62,845 nt of DNA. Source: Parasitella parasitica NRRL 2501. Lineage: Eukaryota > Fungi > Mucoromycota. The stretch's first letter is position 1, and every line of letters starts with the position of its first letter. Made by a program: the position numbers and the translations under genes. This document shows positions 40,639 to 53,454 of the stretch, piece after piece. The DNA lies in assembly GCA_025201805.1 (NCBI GenBank), contig MU619254.1, forward strand, positions 88,014 to 150,858, given 5' to 3'. The notes under the pieces were generated by a model. It searched no databases, had not been told where the DNA came from, and was given only the letters and a program-made list of their open reading frames with translations.

Positions 40639-41935
40639 TTTCTGTGCAATATAATAAAGTAAAAAGCGAAAGAAAGAAAGAAGAGGAAAGTAAAAACTCA
40701 AGAGCTAGTTTTATACTCTTATTTCGTCCATCATTTCATAGCCAATAAAAACAAAAAACTTGAACCTTTTACATATACTATGTGGTATTTTATGAGAGAG
40801 TCATCTTGTCAAATCAAATTTTAAGATAAGGCCTTATCAAAGATTACGTACGCGATGTCATTATACACTAAATTTCTATGCAAATGCCTTTTTGTTTCAA
40901 AAAACTGTCTTAAATGTTTTCTCCTTGAAAAATTCATGTAATGTCTGGGGTAACCGAAGAGCGATTACAGAAGATTCCCAGTGTATCTAATCCAATCAAG
41001 GTAAAAGCCATCTTATCAGTCAACGATATCATCATACATACCCCCCAATTTTAGCTCTTGTGCTACTCTGCATTTCAGTGAATTCTTCATAAAGAACGCA
41101 TCAATTGTCTTCTAAAGGAAACGTGCAAAACATCTTTATCAGCCTTTTTGGTTATGTATGTTCATTAACCGAATCACCTTTTCATAAGTTCAAAAGAAAT
41201 TGATCTTGGCTAATGAACACTTGCTATTCTCTGTTGTCAGTGCTTTTTAGAAGCCATTAGCGTATTTGAAGCAACCGCTAGTCTAGAGAATACCAAGTTC
41301 AATAATTCTATAAGCGTAAAAAAACTACTGTGTAAATCGACTTGGCCTTGTACAATCGCCTTGGACTATTATATCATTTTCTGTGAAAATGTGTTCACAA
41401 ATCACTTAAAATTGACATGCGAGGATACTCAATATCTATGATTGTTGTTGACAGGCTGCTGACTATTTTTTGCACCGTATGCTAGAGTAGCACCATGTGC
41501 GCTAACAATACCATAGTGCTTGACTAGAGATTGGTTGAAAATGGCTAAATCAGCTGCATCACCAATTTTACATTACCAACATCGCACAAGTAGCTGGCAA
41601 AGTATTACAGTAGATGAATAATTTAAATTTTGATTGAAATATATTGTATTGCTTAATCAAATTGAAATTCGCACAAGTATTCCTAGAGCCTGAGAAAGCA
41701 AAAATGGAAAATAGGTAGTCCAGGCTATGTGTTTTGCGATTACTATTAAACAGATTGGAATCACGGAAGCAACAAATTAAGAGTGTATAACTAAATCTCT
41801 TGATGATGCAACTACGAACTATAAAAATATTAATATAAATAAATGCAGCTTGAACTTTCACTTCGTTTGAGAATATATCCCAAATTATGCAAACAGACTC
41901 TTGGGTCAAGCTGAAAATAGTTATTATGCTCAGCA

Positions 41936-42438
41936 ATGAATATTCTTATCGTTGCTTTGCTTGTATCAATAATGATAGCACATATATAATCATTTAAAGA
42001 GAATTTAATGAACAAAGCATGTCATGATAATGTTCTGATTAAGATATTAAGAAATTAATAAAACAACCACTTTACAAAAAAGCCCAATATGAAATAAGAA
42101 CAATCCTAAGGAAAATTTTGGTAGTTTATCAGATTTTTTTAGAATTAATTTGATTTATATTATCTATACAAGATGTACCAAGTGGAAAGTTAGAGATGAA
42201 GATACTACACAGCTGGTAACATTTAGTTAAAGATGAATGCTTAAAAGATAACAATGGCTTCTTCTACAAATATACATTTGATCCCAAAGAACATATTGTT
42301 CCATGTTGCGGAGGAACATTAAAGATAGTAATAACAATATTCCATACAGCATTCAGCATCTTGGGGATGGCTCTGATAAGATATAATGATGTTAATGAGA
42401 GCAAACAAATAGAAAAATATGACAAAATAGATACCTGA
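41936..42438 (+). pseudogene. Possible decayed gene for a secreted protein
   Basis: MNILIVALLVSIMIAHI* signal-peptide-like start, an intron-like gt...ag segment near 42121-42172, and residual coding-like stretches broken by stops. Confidence 0.3.
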
Positions 42439-44615
42439 GTTTACATACAGTTGCCATTATTTTCTGCAGCTAATATAAGGTTATGATATAAGATTTATTA
42501 CTATAAAATATCTTATACGTCTATTTGACCAGAAGGGCTAACTCTTCTATTGTTATATCGGTATTATTATACTTAACATTTTTATATTATGATATTTGTG
42601 TTATAAAAAACAAAACTCAATCTCTTTAGTAATGTATGGTTCAAATACGAGAGTTATGTCGAAAATATGAAATTTTCGCTTCACTCTCGGCAAACAAACA
42701 AAACTCCCAGCCGAGGATTCGAACTACCGATATACTTAAAAACAACAGACGTTAAGCGACCTTATCAATATAATCTTTTTTCGTTGCAACGATTGTAAAA
42801 GGAATTTCTTATGCACCGTAATTGGGGATTTAATAGAAATTGCTATAAAAGAAAATTGTCCCTGAACGAAGCTTACATTGGGAAGAATCAAGATTTCAAT
42901 TGTTGTAGTATTTTAGCTATAAGATATCAAACCAGATTACTTAAATAAAGAGAAGCTTTCTTCCACCTATTTTAAGCTATTTGCATTACTGAAATTAAGT
43001 AAATGATACAATACATAAGTTATTCAAGATCTGAAATTGCAAACACATTTCTATTGTATCATGTGATAGTTGATGTTTATGCTGTTGATTTGTTGATTAA
43101 TCAATTAATTCATAACAGTGCTATGTTAAATCAAAATTCGCAAGCGATAATAGCAGACAGAAGCTGAAGCTTGAAAAGTGGATTGCATAAAACAATCTAA
43201 TTGGCAACGATCAGACATTACATGATAGTCAAATACAAGAACAGCAGGGTGCAAGTTTAATTGTAGCAATGGTTGTAATATAAACTATATTCGTAAATAC
43301 TACTTGTCGAAATATTTCTTACAAAACTAAATTGTTGATGAAAACTACCAGACCAATTTAAAAATTGTTCTTTTTTAATCTCTTGACAGACCCTCTGACT
43401 ATAACAGTTGGTGGATACCCATATCTAAGCCTGTCTTGTTAGTATCGTTTGGAGGATAAAAATATTTGACATTGGCATCTAGATGTGCTCCAAATTAACA
43501 GGATATTCCAGCTTTCAGTAGAATATAACCCTTCCTCAGTGCTCGAAATGCAAATTAATTGATTCACAGTGATGGATTCTTCAAAAGAACTCTAAGTTTC
43601 TTACAAATTTGCACATCTTGTCATTATCCGCACACCTCAAATTACAGTAATAGATTTTCCTTACATTTCAGCACAATGTCTGGAAATAAAGATGCGTACA
43701 GCCAATACGTTTAAGGAACAAAATTACTGAAAAAAGTGAAAACTTCAACTGAAAACAGTCAGAATCATATCCCCAGATTTGCAAGCAGCACAAATAGAGC
43801 AGAGAAATCGTCTTCAAAATCGAACAATTATCATTAGCCAAGTGCCTGGTGGAGCAATTTGCTGATAAATGGCCAATTGTACTTTTTTTTGATTATTATA
43901 TAAATTACATTCTAGTTGGTTAGTTTTCGAGAAGTCTGCCATTTTCAAAAGCTAAATATAAACGTATAAACGTATGAAACAAATACAAATGCGATTGCAA
44001 AGGCAGGGAGTGGCATTTTCATGTAGTTTAGTTTCATGTTCAAGATCACAAAACTAGGAAAATTGTGCTGAAAGTCAAGCGCGATACCTTGACTATATCG
44101 AAACAGGGCTTGCCTAAGCTAGAAAGATGAATGAAATGACACAAAAGTTCGGTTCAATGTAGACTTCAATAGCGTACAGTCCATTTATTTACAGTGCCTT
44201 GTTATGGCACATGTATAAAGATCTAGGCAGACGAAATGTCTGAGCCATAAACTTGGAATCTTGTGAGGATCTTTTCTTTATGCTTAATTAGGACGCTGTA
44301 ATCGTTTCGTTTGTTTAGGTTTACTACTCGATATATTATTTTTCTGAGTATCCAACTCTTTTGGATCGCTTACAACAAGGGAGAAAGGGGAAACTAACTA
44401 ACAGAGAAGGGGGGTGAAAGACGAGGAGAGGTTGTTTAGGATCTTCTTGGTTGGTGAATGTGCTACAGAAAGTTAAATAGGCGCAATTTAAAGGGCAAAC
44501 AGAATGATACGAAACGAAAAAGGTTCTATTTTTTCTTCTTTTCTTTCTTCCCTTGTATACAACTGACTTTTTCGACCAGTATACGTAAAGGCAAATTATA
44601 AGGCTAAGCGATACA

Positions 44616-46768
44616 ATGGTCTTAATAGAACAACCTGAAGCAAGCGATGTTGCTTTCAACACATTTATTGGTGTTGTAGTATCTGTTTGTGGCAATGTAA
44701 GCGGTAATAATCTTGGTTTTGCTAATAACTTACCTCATTAAATGAAATAGGCACTTATATCGGTTGCATTAAATGTACAAAAAAGAGCAGTAAGACATTA
44801 AAGGTTACATTCATATAATCAAGGAACTAATTATTGTCCAGCATAACAACATACAAGAACGGCAAATGGCTAATTATTTTGCCAACATGGACGAACCACC
44901 TCAATGGATATCTACAACGCAATATGACGGATTTTTACCAGATGATGGATATTCTTCACCGAGATCATCACTAGAACAGCAAAATAGGTCAGAGGCAGAA
45001 TTAATAGAGCATCAAAAATTCATCATGACAATGGCTCAAGAACATACGAAATCAGGAGACACAGAGTATTTGAAATCCAAGTTGTGGTGGCTGGGAATTT
45101 CTTTGATGATTTTAGGCGAAGTGGGTAATTTTGTTGGTAAGTTTCCTGAAATTTGCGAGGGTAAGGTACATGAGCTAACAAAAAACATGATAGCTTATGG
45201 CTTTGCTCCTGCCTCGACCATTGCACCACTCGGTACGACTACATTAGTTGCAAATGTCATTCTAGCACCCTTGATGCTGAAAGAAGTGTTCAGAAAACGA
45301 GACTTGATAGGTGTAATATTAGCAGTATCTGGTGCTGCTACGGTTGTTTTCAGCTCAAATTCTGAAGAAATTGCTGTAAGGCTACCTAAAAGAAATAATG
45401 TGCTTATCAGATCAGGTATTAACACACGTTTTTTCTTACATAGTTGTCACCTGAATTAATCATGGAAGCAATTACTCAAATGCGTTCAATCATCTACTTT
45501 ATCTTGACTGGCGTTGCTATTGCCATACTTTCCATATTATCTCCAGTATATGGCTCTTCAAGCATTATGATTGACTTGGGTTTAGTTGCAATCTATGGTT
45601 CGTAAAGATTAACAGCTGTTTTGACGTTTTATATTGACTGTAATTTAAATTCAGGTGGTTACACTGTTCTTTCTACCAAGAGCGTGGCATCTTTATTGAG
45701 TTTAACCTTTTTCAAAATGTTTGCGTAAGTATCAGAGCATATAAATGTGTGTGCAATAGATTACAGTCTTTTAACACTCTCTATAACAGTTATCCCGTTT
45801 CATATTTGTTGATTTTTGTGTTGATAATGACGGCAATTTTGCAAATCAAGTATCTCAACAAGGCGCTTCAAAGATTTGATTCGACCGAAGTGATACCTAC
45901 CCAATTTGTGTTATTTACAGTATCTGCAATTATTGGTAGCGCTGTTCTATATCATGATTTTGATGAGATGGATATAGAGCAAATGTCAAGATTCATGTCT
46001 GGCTGTACCGTTGAGTTTCTGGGCGTATATCTAATTACATCAAAACGCACTAAAATCATTAGCTCTCCTGCATTATCAATTAATGCTGATAGTGGTACAG
46101 CAATATCTTTCTCGGATGAAGAAGCATTTGACCGAGTCAACATGCTCCCAAGTGATCATATCGCTATTAGCAGGAAGAGAACGGCCAATACTTTGACATC
46201 ATCTGGCACTGCATCCTTTACAAGATCATCACATCCTATTAATCCCGGTTCTTTTGAAGCATGGCAAGAAGCAAATTCTCATATCAACATTAGCTGCAAT
46301 ACCAACGCACTGGGCAATAATAGTCACCGTAGACACAGCTCGGTATTTAGAGGTATCTCTATGGCTTCACAGTTATTAGACCGAAATGATGAGCAATCAG
46401 GAAATGGGAATAGTATTTGCGGTAGTGGTGGTGGTGCCATCCAATTACCTATATCTTCCTCACCCAACAGCAACTCAATGTTTAATCATCATAGAAGAGG
46501 AGATTCCGCACTTGGAAACATCATTAGTGGTATTACATCAGCCATTTCATCACATACACATACAAACGACCCTGCATCAGCAGCGGAAGATGCCGATGCT
46601 GTTGAAATCGAAATACCCACTCCTTCTTCATTCCAGCATTCTGAAAATACACGTTTAGATCGTGAATTGATGCCCATTTCCAACACAATCAGCAGCAATA
46701 ACAAAAAGAGTTCAAAACTAGTAGATATTGAAGAAAACTCTTCCGAGGAAGAAAGAGATTTATCTTAG
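44616..46768 (+). CDS. NIPA/DUF803 family magnesium transporter, multi-exon
   Basis: [76 protein letters not shown]. Confidence 0.92.
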
Positions 46769-47269
46769 ATTTAACAATATTAATACCCTTTATATATATA
46801 CTATCATATTCCATACTCTATTTCTTATATCATTAATCCCAAAACCAAACTAAACTACATTACAAGCTAATCCCAGCGAAATTATTGTGCACCAAGGACC
46901 GCTTTCGAAGAGGGGTAAGCTTACCCAAATCGGCCAACTCTTGATCCGAGTTGGTAGCAATGCACTTCAAAGAGTCATTTACTGATTTAGTGGTTTATTT
47001 TGAAGATTCAAGTTTGAACAGTTTTTACATTGCAGTGGATACCTTCATTAGGCTTCCAGAAGCTACCTAAACTTTTTATATACATACTTCATACCCAAAT
47101 GTGCACTCACACAATGTTTCGCACAGTCAAAGTCATACTAAACAACTCAATAGTAAATTATAAATATTCGATTTTTACTTCACAAAACGATATATATTCT
47201 ACTATCTATACATGCATGCTAACTATAGTCTTGCTTTTTTTTTATTTTTATCTGAGGGGTCACTCTTGA

Positions 47270-48684
47270 CTAATTAGTCTTTCTCTTTTTGTTGGAAGTA
47301 TTTTCCTCATTCACCAAATGTTCGGGCAGATCGAGGAACTTGCGAAGACCAAAGATAGTATAAAGATCAAAGACTTTATCTGCTTTACAAATCTCAGCAG
47401 TATTGATTTGCTTCAATAAATTGTCAGAGTCAGCAGAGGAAGAAAATACATGGACAAGGTTATCACCATCCAAAGACACCCAAAGTTTACCCTCTAAATC
47501 ATAGGCAATATCAAGAATAGGCGAAGGAGCAAGCTTAGTTTCACTATAAACAAATCCAGTATCGTTTTGCCAGTTCAAGATGAGAACAGCAGTCGATTTC
47601 GCAAATGAAACAGCAAGAGTTTTGGTACTGATATCAAAAGCTAATGCACTGACGATGGCGTCTTCAGAGTTAGCATCAGCAGCAGGAGGTTTATAGGCTT
47701 CGATCTCGGATTTCAAGTCAAGGGTTTGCTTATTGATTCCATTGACAAAGTCCCAGATACGGATGGTACCATCACCACCAGATGACACTAGAATGCTGTC
47801 ATCCCAAGGCAAAATATCGATACATGTAATAACGCTATATAACAATCATATAAGTTTGTGCGCCAGCTATGTATACCAAATACACTTACTCTGTATGGCC
47901 TAAACAGAATGACTCAATGTTATAACCATTTGGGAAATGGCTCACTCTAATGTGTTCATCCCGATCAGATGTAACGACATATTTATCGTCAGGCGTCAAC
48001 AACTAAATAAATACTGAGATTTTTAGTAATCCTCTATTATTCATTATTTAATTACTTGAATTACCATATCAGTCACCATGGATACATGACCAACAATAGG
48101 TTGAAGTTTTTCCTCATCTTCAACAGTTGCTTTGACAGGGTGACTATAAGTTAGGGATGATGAGCGGTTTGACATGCTTAAATTTATTTTTCATTTACCA
48201 ATAAACATCACCAAACTTATCAGCAGAGAGCAATTGAGTTGAATCTTTGTTGAATGCAATAGCATTCACTCGTTTATAAGCAGGTCTACAAAAAATAAAA
48301 CAGTTACGACAATAGTATAACTTTAGATTAAACAAATGTTCTGTACCTAGAAAATTTCAATGACCAATCGTTGGTATCCCATACACACACTTCCTTGTTT
48401 TCACCAGAAGTAGCAAGCAAGGAACCATCTTTATTGAATTGCATACTGCGGTAATAATCGGTGACATTGTCGATTTTGGTATCTTGGGGATAAGGCTTGA
48501 TTAGTTCACCGTTACTGAGGGAAGGGGGGGGGGCAAATGTTAGATTACAAATTTGACACTATCGAGTCATTGCATTTTCTTTTTACCTGGTGTTTAAAAC
48601 TAAAAAATGATGACCATTAGCCAAAACCAGTTCAGGTTTGGCAGGGTGATGTGCAATCTTAGTAAAAGGGAGTCTAGTAGCCAT
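47270..48684 (-). CDS. TRM82: tRNA (guanine-N7) methyltransferase WD40 subunit (Trm82/WDR4)
   Basis: ADKFGDVY, GHVSMVTD, TSDRDEHIRVSHFPNGYNIESFCLGH, LVSSGGDGTIRIWD. Confidence 0.92.
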
Positions 48685-49174
48685 TCTGTATATGTGGTTT
48701 CGAAAAGGTTTTTTCGTTTTTGGATTCGACTTTGATGGACATGAAAGGGTGACTCTTTTAAGGTTGTCCGGATTTGCTATCCACCCGTTCCATGTTTTGG
48801 CTTTTGTGCGGCATCCGGTGCCATGTTGCAACCGAAGAGAGTCATGGTTTTGCGAAAGGGATTATTGTGTGGTAGAAGCTGCCGAATATTGACAAGCCCC
48901 TCTTTCATCATCGTATTGTAAGTTGACATCTACTAGAGATACAAGAACAAAACAAGAGAAAGATGCACACAAATAGAACACCTTAATTGAAGACAAGAAC
49001 ATGATGATGTGATGGATTGCTTGGAATATAGATGGATAATATCAAAGTGGATGGACACGAGATGTGTTTCAAGAGACTAGCAGCAATAGTGGACTCTATT
49101 TTGTTCTTGATCTCTAAAAAAAAAAGTGTATAAACTGGGAAATGCTGACATGAGTTTATTTTAAAGGTACAAAT

Positions 49175-49833
49175 ATGCTTGTCTCTAAGCAAAACAGAAA
49201 GGTTATTTACGAGGCTCTCTTCAAGGGTAAATATATATATATATATAACTTGAGCATTACAATTAGACTAAACATTTCGTTTCTTAGATGGTGCCCTTGT
49301 CGCCCCCAAGGATTACAACCTTCCCAAGCACGCCGATCTCGATGTTCCCAACCTTGAAGTCATCAAGATCATGCAATCTTTAACTTCCAAGGGTTTCGTC
49401 AAGACCCAATTCTCTTGGCAATGGTATTACTATACCCTCACCGATGAGGGTATTGACTATCTTCGCGAATGTGAGTATCTTTGTTCTATATGTGTGCTAT
49501 ACTAGATACTCATCAAACTGCAGATCTTCACCTGCCTCAAGAGATCGTTCCCGCTACTATGAAGAAGACTGCTCGTCCTGCTGCTCCTCGTCGTGCTTGT
49601 AAGTTGCAATATTATTTCAGTAGACATGGTAACTAACAACTGTTTGATTCTGCGTTTAGTCGGTGGTGACCGCGAGAACCGTGGTCCTCGTGATCGTGAT
49701 AACTACAGACGTAAGGAGGGAGCTGATGGTGATTTCAAGCCTGAATTCCGTGGTGGTCTTGGTAGGTGATTTAACGTCTCCAAAAGGATTTCACTAATAT
49801 GGACTTTGTGTAGGCCGTGGTAACCGCGAATAA
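49175..49833 (+). CDS. RPS10: 40S ribosomal protein S10 (eS10); probable non-coding first exon about 48900-48917 and 5'-UTR intron 48918-49166
   Basis: MLVSKQNRKVIYEALFKDGALVAPKD...VPNLEVIKIMQSLTSKGFVKTQFSWQWYYYTLTDEGIDYLRE. Confidence 0.97.
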
Positions 49834-50194
49834 ATCTTTTAAACAAGTTTTAGGCATCTCAATAAACATTTAAAAGAAAAACAACGGATGATTTACTCTT
49901 GCATTTATTGCATACGTCCCATTGAAATAACCAAATAAAGGTGTCAAACTGCAAAAATTAAGAATTACTGCAAGTGCAATTCAAATGTAAACTGCTTTTG
50001 TATTGGCTACACTGTTATTTTTGACATGTGGTTTTGCACGCTAACATTTTTCTACTGAGCGTTGCCTGCATTCTCACCTCATGAGTTTGACAAGTAGGCA
50101 TGTCAACGTCCATCATAAGTCACAACCAGAGTATATAAATGCGTAGCAAACCCCCAATTTCGCTTTGTTTTTCTTCTTTCTTGGATACAGCGCC

Positions 50195-51150
50195 ATGTCG
50201 GATCTTGCAGCCACTACGCCTCGGCAATTAACACAGGAACAATTAGATCGAATTGCTGCTAATAAAGCCAAAGCACTCGAGATACAGGCTGTTAAGCGCA
50301 AGTCAAAAGAGCAATCGCAGCCTACTGAAGCCCCGAAAAGGGCCAAATGGATCAAAACTTTCTATGAATATGATCTAAGTACTATGGTGGACAGTAAAGG
50401 TGGGTTTATTGTAGATGAAACGAGCGACGAGAAGAAATTCGACAAAAGCAAAAGCGACAAGTCCTATTCCATTCAACCTTACTTCCGTAAGTTTTGTAAT
50501 TTGACACAAAGATCAAAGGTTTAACAATAATACGACGAATTTAGCGCCGTCTTTGGAAGCATCAGATAATCCTAAATGCAAAGAATGCAGCTCAATTGAT
50601 TTGGATCCAGTGTTTTTTAATGTGTTTCACATGTATCTTTGTCCAACATGCAAGGAAAAGTTTCCCGACAAGTATAGCTTAATCACAAAGACAGAGGCAA
50701 AGGAAGATTATTTATTGACAGATCGTGAGTTGTTTGTCTGTATGTGCTTGTGCGTATAGATATATTTTGACATCTATTTTAGCTGAATTAAAGGATCCTG
50801 AACTGCTGCCGCACTGGTCTAAGCCAAATCCTCACAAGTCGACATGGAACGACATGATGTTGTATGTCCGAGAAATGGTTGAAGAGTATGCTTTCAAAAA
50901 ATGGAATGGACCAGAGGGATTAGACGCAGAATACGAGAGACGTGAAGCACAGAAAAAAGATAAGAAAGACAAAAAGTTCAAAGAGAAACTGGCAGATCTT
51001 CGGAGGAGGACAATGACAAGCACTTGGGAAAGAAAGCGACATGAAGGGCCCCATAAACATGAATTCGATGAGTCTGTGCAAAATGAGGATGGTGACACGA
51101 CACAGACATGTAAAACATGTGGTCTAGTGATTGAATCTGAAGAATTTTGA
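50195..51150 (+). CDS. RAD14: Nucleotide excision repair protein XPA/Rad14
   Basis: YDLSTMVDSKGGFI, CKEC...CPTC zinc finger, LITKTEAKEDYLLTD, KPNPHKSTW, C-terminal CKTCG...EEF. Confidence 0.95.
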
Positions 51151-51395
51151 GCGGTTTGTGGGAGGAGGGGGAGGATGAAGCTCCCTGAAAAAGGGAGGGA
51201 AAGCATTGTTTTCTCGATATTCAAACCATATGCCTTTTTGTCATAAAAAGAGATAGTTGGACTCCTTGAATTTCTTTTTCAAAGAATCAATTCCCTGCAT
51301 GATAATAGCAATATCTATATCAATGCTAATTCTTCATGGCCATATTTTTTTCATTTCTTTTCCTTTTTCTCTTTCTTTTTTTATATATAATAAAA

Positions 51396-52763
51396 ATGAG
51401 GCTCCTTCGATATATTCATGCATTGCGGTTTTTGGTGCTATTCATTAGTTTAATTGCCTTCATCTGTCATGTAGCGCAATGCTCTTTATTTAATGCATAT
51501 CGAGAAAAGGTATGTTGGATCGGAAATCAGTGCGACATTTTGTATTTACATTTTATTACTCGTAATACATAAGACAGGGATTTCGGATTGGCTGACAGCA
51601 GGGCATTGGCAGGTAAAGCAACACAGCTATTTCTCGAGAAAAATGACTTACAAATTTTATACAGTACATGACATGGTATATTTCATTGAGTCTTTCACTG
51701 GCTGGAAGCTTTGCAGTGTGCTTAAGTGCATTCTACTTTAAAAAACCAAACAAATATTCGCTTGATAAAGGCATCGGGTCCCTTGTCATCCTACCTATAC
51801 TAGCTTCCATCATCACCGACACGCTGTTCGAATCAATTGAACCCTGGACAGACGGACATGTCAAAGTTGAAAGATATGGTCTCTTGAACTCGTGCTATTT
51901 GCTAGACTCTACTCGAGATAAATTTTACCCAATGCTGTATCAAAGGTTTGTTACATGCACGTTGCAAACAATTAAGCCAGTTGTCATTGCAATGCTAACG
52001 ATACTTGCTACGTATTGTATACAGATGTATGCTGAGCGATACAACTTGGATCTGTGCTATATTCCTGTGTATTAATTGGGCTGTACTGGTTGGTTTTGTC
52101 ATTTTTATTTCAAAAAAATCGATATCATCAAAGGTAGCAGTAGCTAAAGATGAAAATCGACCTGGAAAAGCTGAAGAACCCAAGTGGGGTCGATATATTC
52201 CTGATCCACCCTCATCCATTTACTCTGCTACAACGGTGGGAAATCGGTCTGGGCTGTTAACACCATCTTCTACTCTGACAAAGGAAAAGCACAATGAATT
52301 TTATAGCAATTGTGCTTACTACAGAGACAGTATACCCAGTCTACCTTCATCAAGCCCATATAAAGAATATTCTTCAGATTATTTGCTGAAAGGAGGCGAT
52401 TATCTCAGTAGCAAGTCGTATGATTATAATGGAAACAGCAAATCGTCGTCTACTTATTACTATGGAGGCAGATCGCCCTCCTCATCGTATTATTATAAAA
52501 ACAATAATGAGCGGTATCATGACAACAGTGGCAAAAGGGGAGAATACTACGATGATTATGAGGAGGAGAATCTCGAAGGGCCTGATAGATTTAATAGCCT
52601 GAAACCCCTAAGAGTCAATACTGCGTATAATGCTCCTTCATCACCAACAGACAAGGAACCAGATTCAGCTGCTACTCTGGCAACACCGCTCTACAGCAAA
52701 TTCAGCAATAAATCACCTGCATTTGATTTTACTTCAGACAAGAGATACAATACATACTATTAA
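51396..52763 (+). CDS. Four-TM (MARVEL-like) membrane protein with Ser/Tyr-rich cytoplasmic tail
   Basis: Four exons splice in frame. Four hydrophobic segments with Cys in the second loop, then a long low-complexity tail. Confidence 0.65.
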
Positions 52764-52861
52764 TAAAGAGTCTGTAGTTTTATTACAAACGATATGGATT
52801 TATAGAAGAAAGGGGAGTGACGATAAAATATTGAATAAAAAAAACAAGGAGAAAAAAGTGC

Positions 52862-53146
52862 CTAATGGCAAACACATTGACCTTCATAACAGCCAGATGA
52901 TGGTTTTGCTAAGAAGTTGCAAATATCTTTACATCCAGCTTCATTATTTCCAATTTTGCAGTTGCCGGTTCCAATGTCAGTGCAGTAACATGCACCCTCG
53001 ACACATATTCCTTGAAGCAAAGACCCACAGTTATATCGGCACGAGAGTTCACCTGTCAATGCGCTACAATCTCCATTTTTGTCGACTGTTGCTGCTACTG
53101 TCAGTAGCAGCAGCAGCATTGAAATAGCCATAATTGGTAGATACAT
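52862..53146 (-). CDS. Secreted two-domain CS-alpha-beta (defensin/toxin-like) peptide
   Basis: Signal peptide plus two C-x8-C-x3-C-x7/9-C-x4-C-x-C units. Confidence 0.8.
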   Translation of the reverse strand: MYLPIMAISMLLLLLTVAATVDKNGDCSALTGELSCRYNCGSLLQGICVEGACYCTDIGTGNCKIGNNEAGCKDICNFLAKPSSGCYEGQCVCH

Positions 53147-53454
53147 GTGTCAAGTTAAGAGAAATGAGAAAAGAGACAAGAGAGAAATAGAAAGAAAGTA
53201 AGATTCTTTTTTTTTGTATAAACAAAAAAAAATTAGGTTCTTCATATTAAAAAAGTTAGGAGAAGGTCTCGTTTTTGAAAGGAGTTTGTGTTTATTGATG
53301 GTGCATAAAAAAAATGGCATTAAGGAAGCTGTTGATTAGGCGATGATATATATATATATATATATAAATGTGATTAAGAGGTGATGTTTAAAATACAATA
53401 TTAGGCGAATTCAATAGAAAATACGTGGTTATTTACAAAAGGTTGTCGAGTTTC

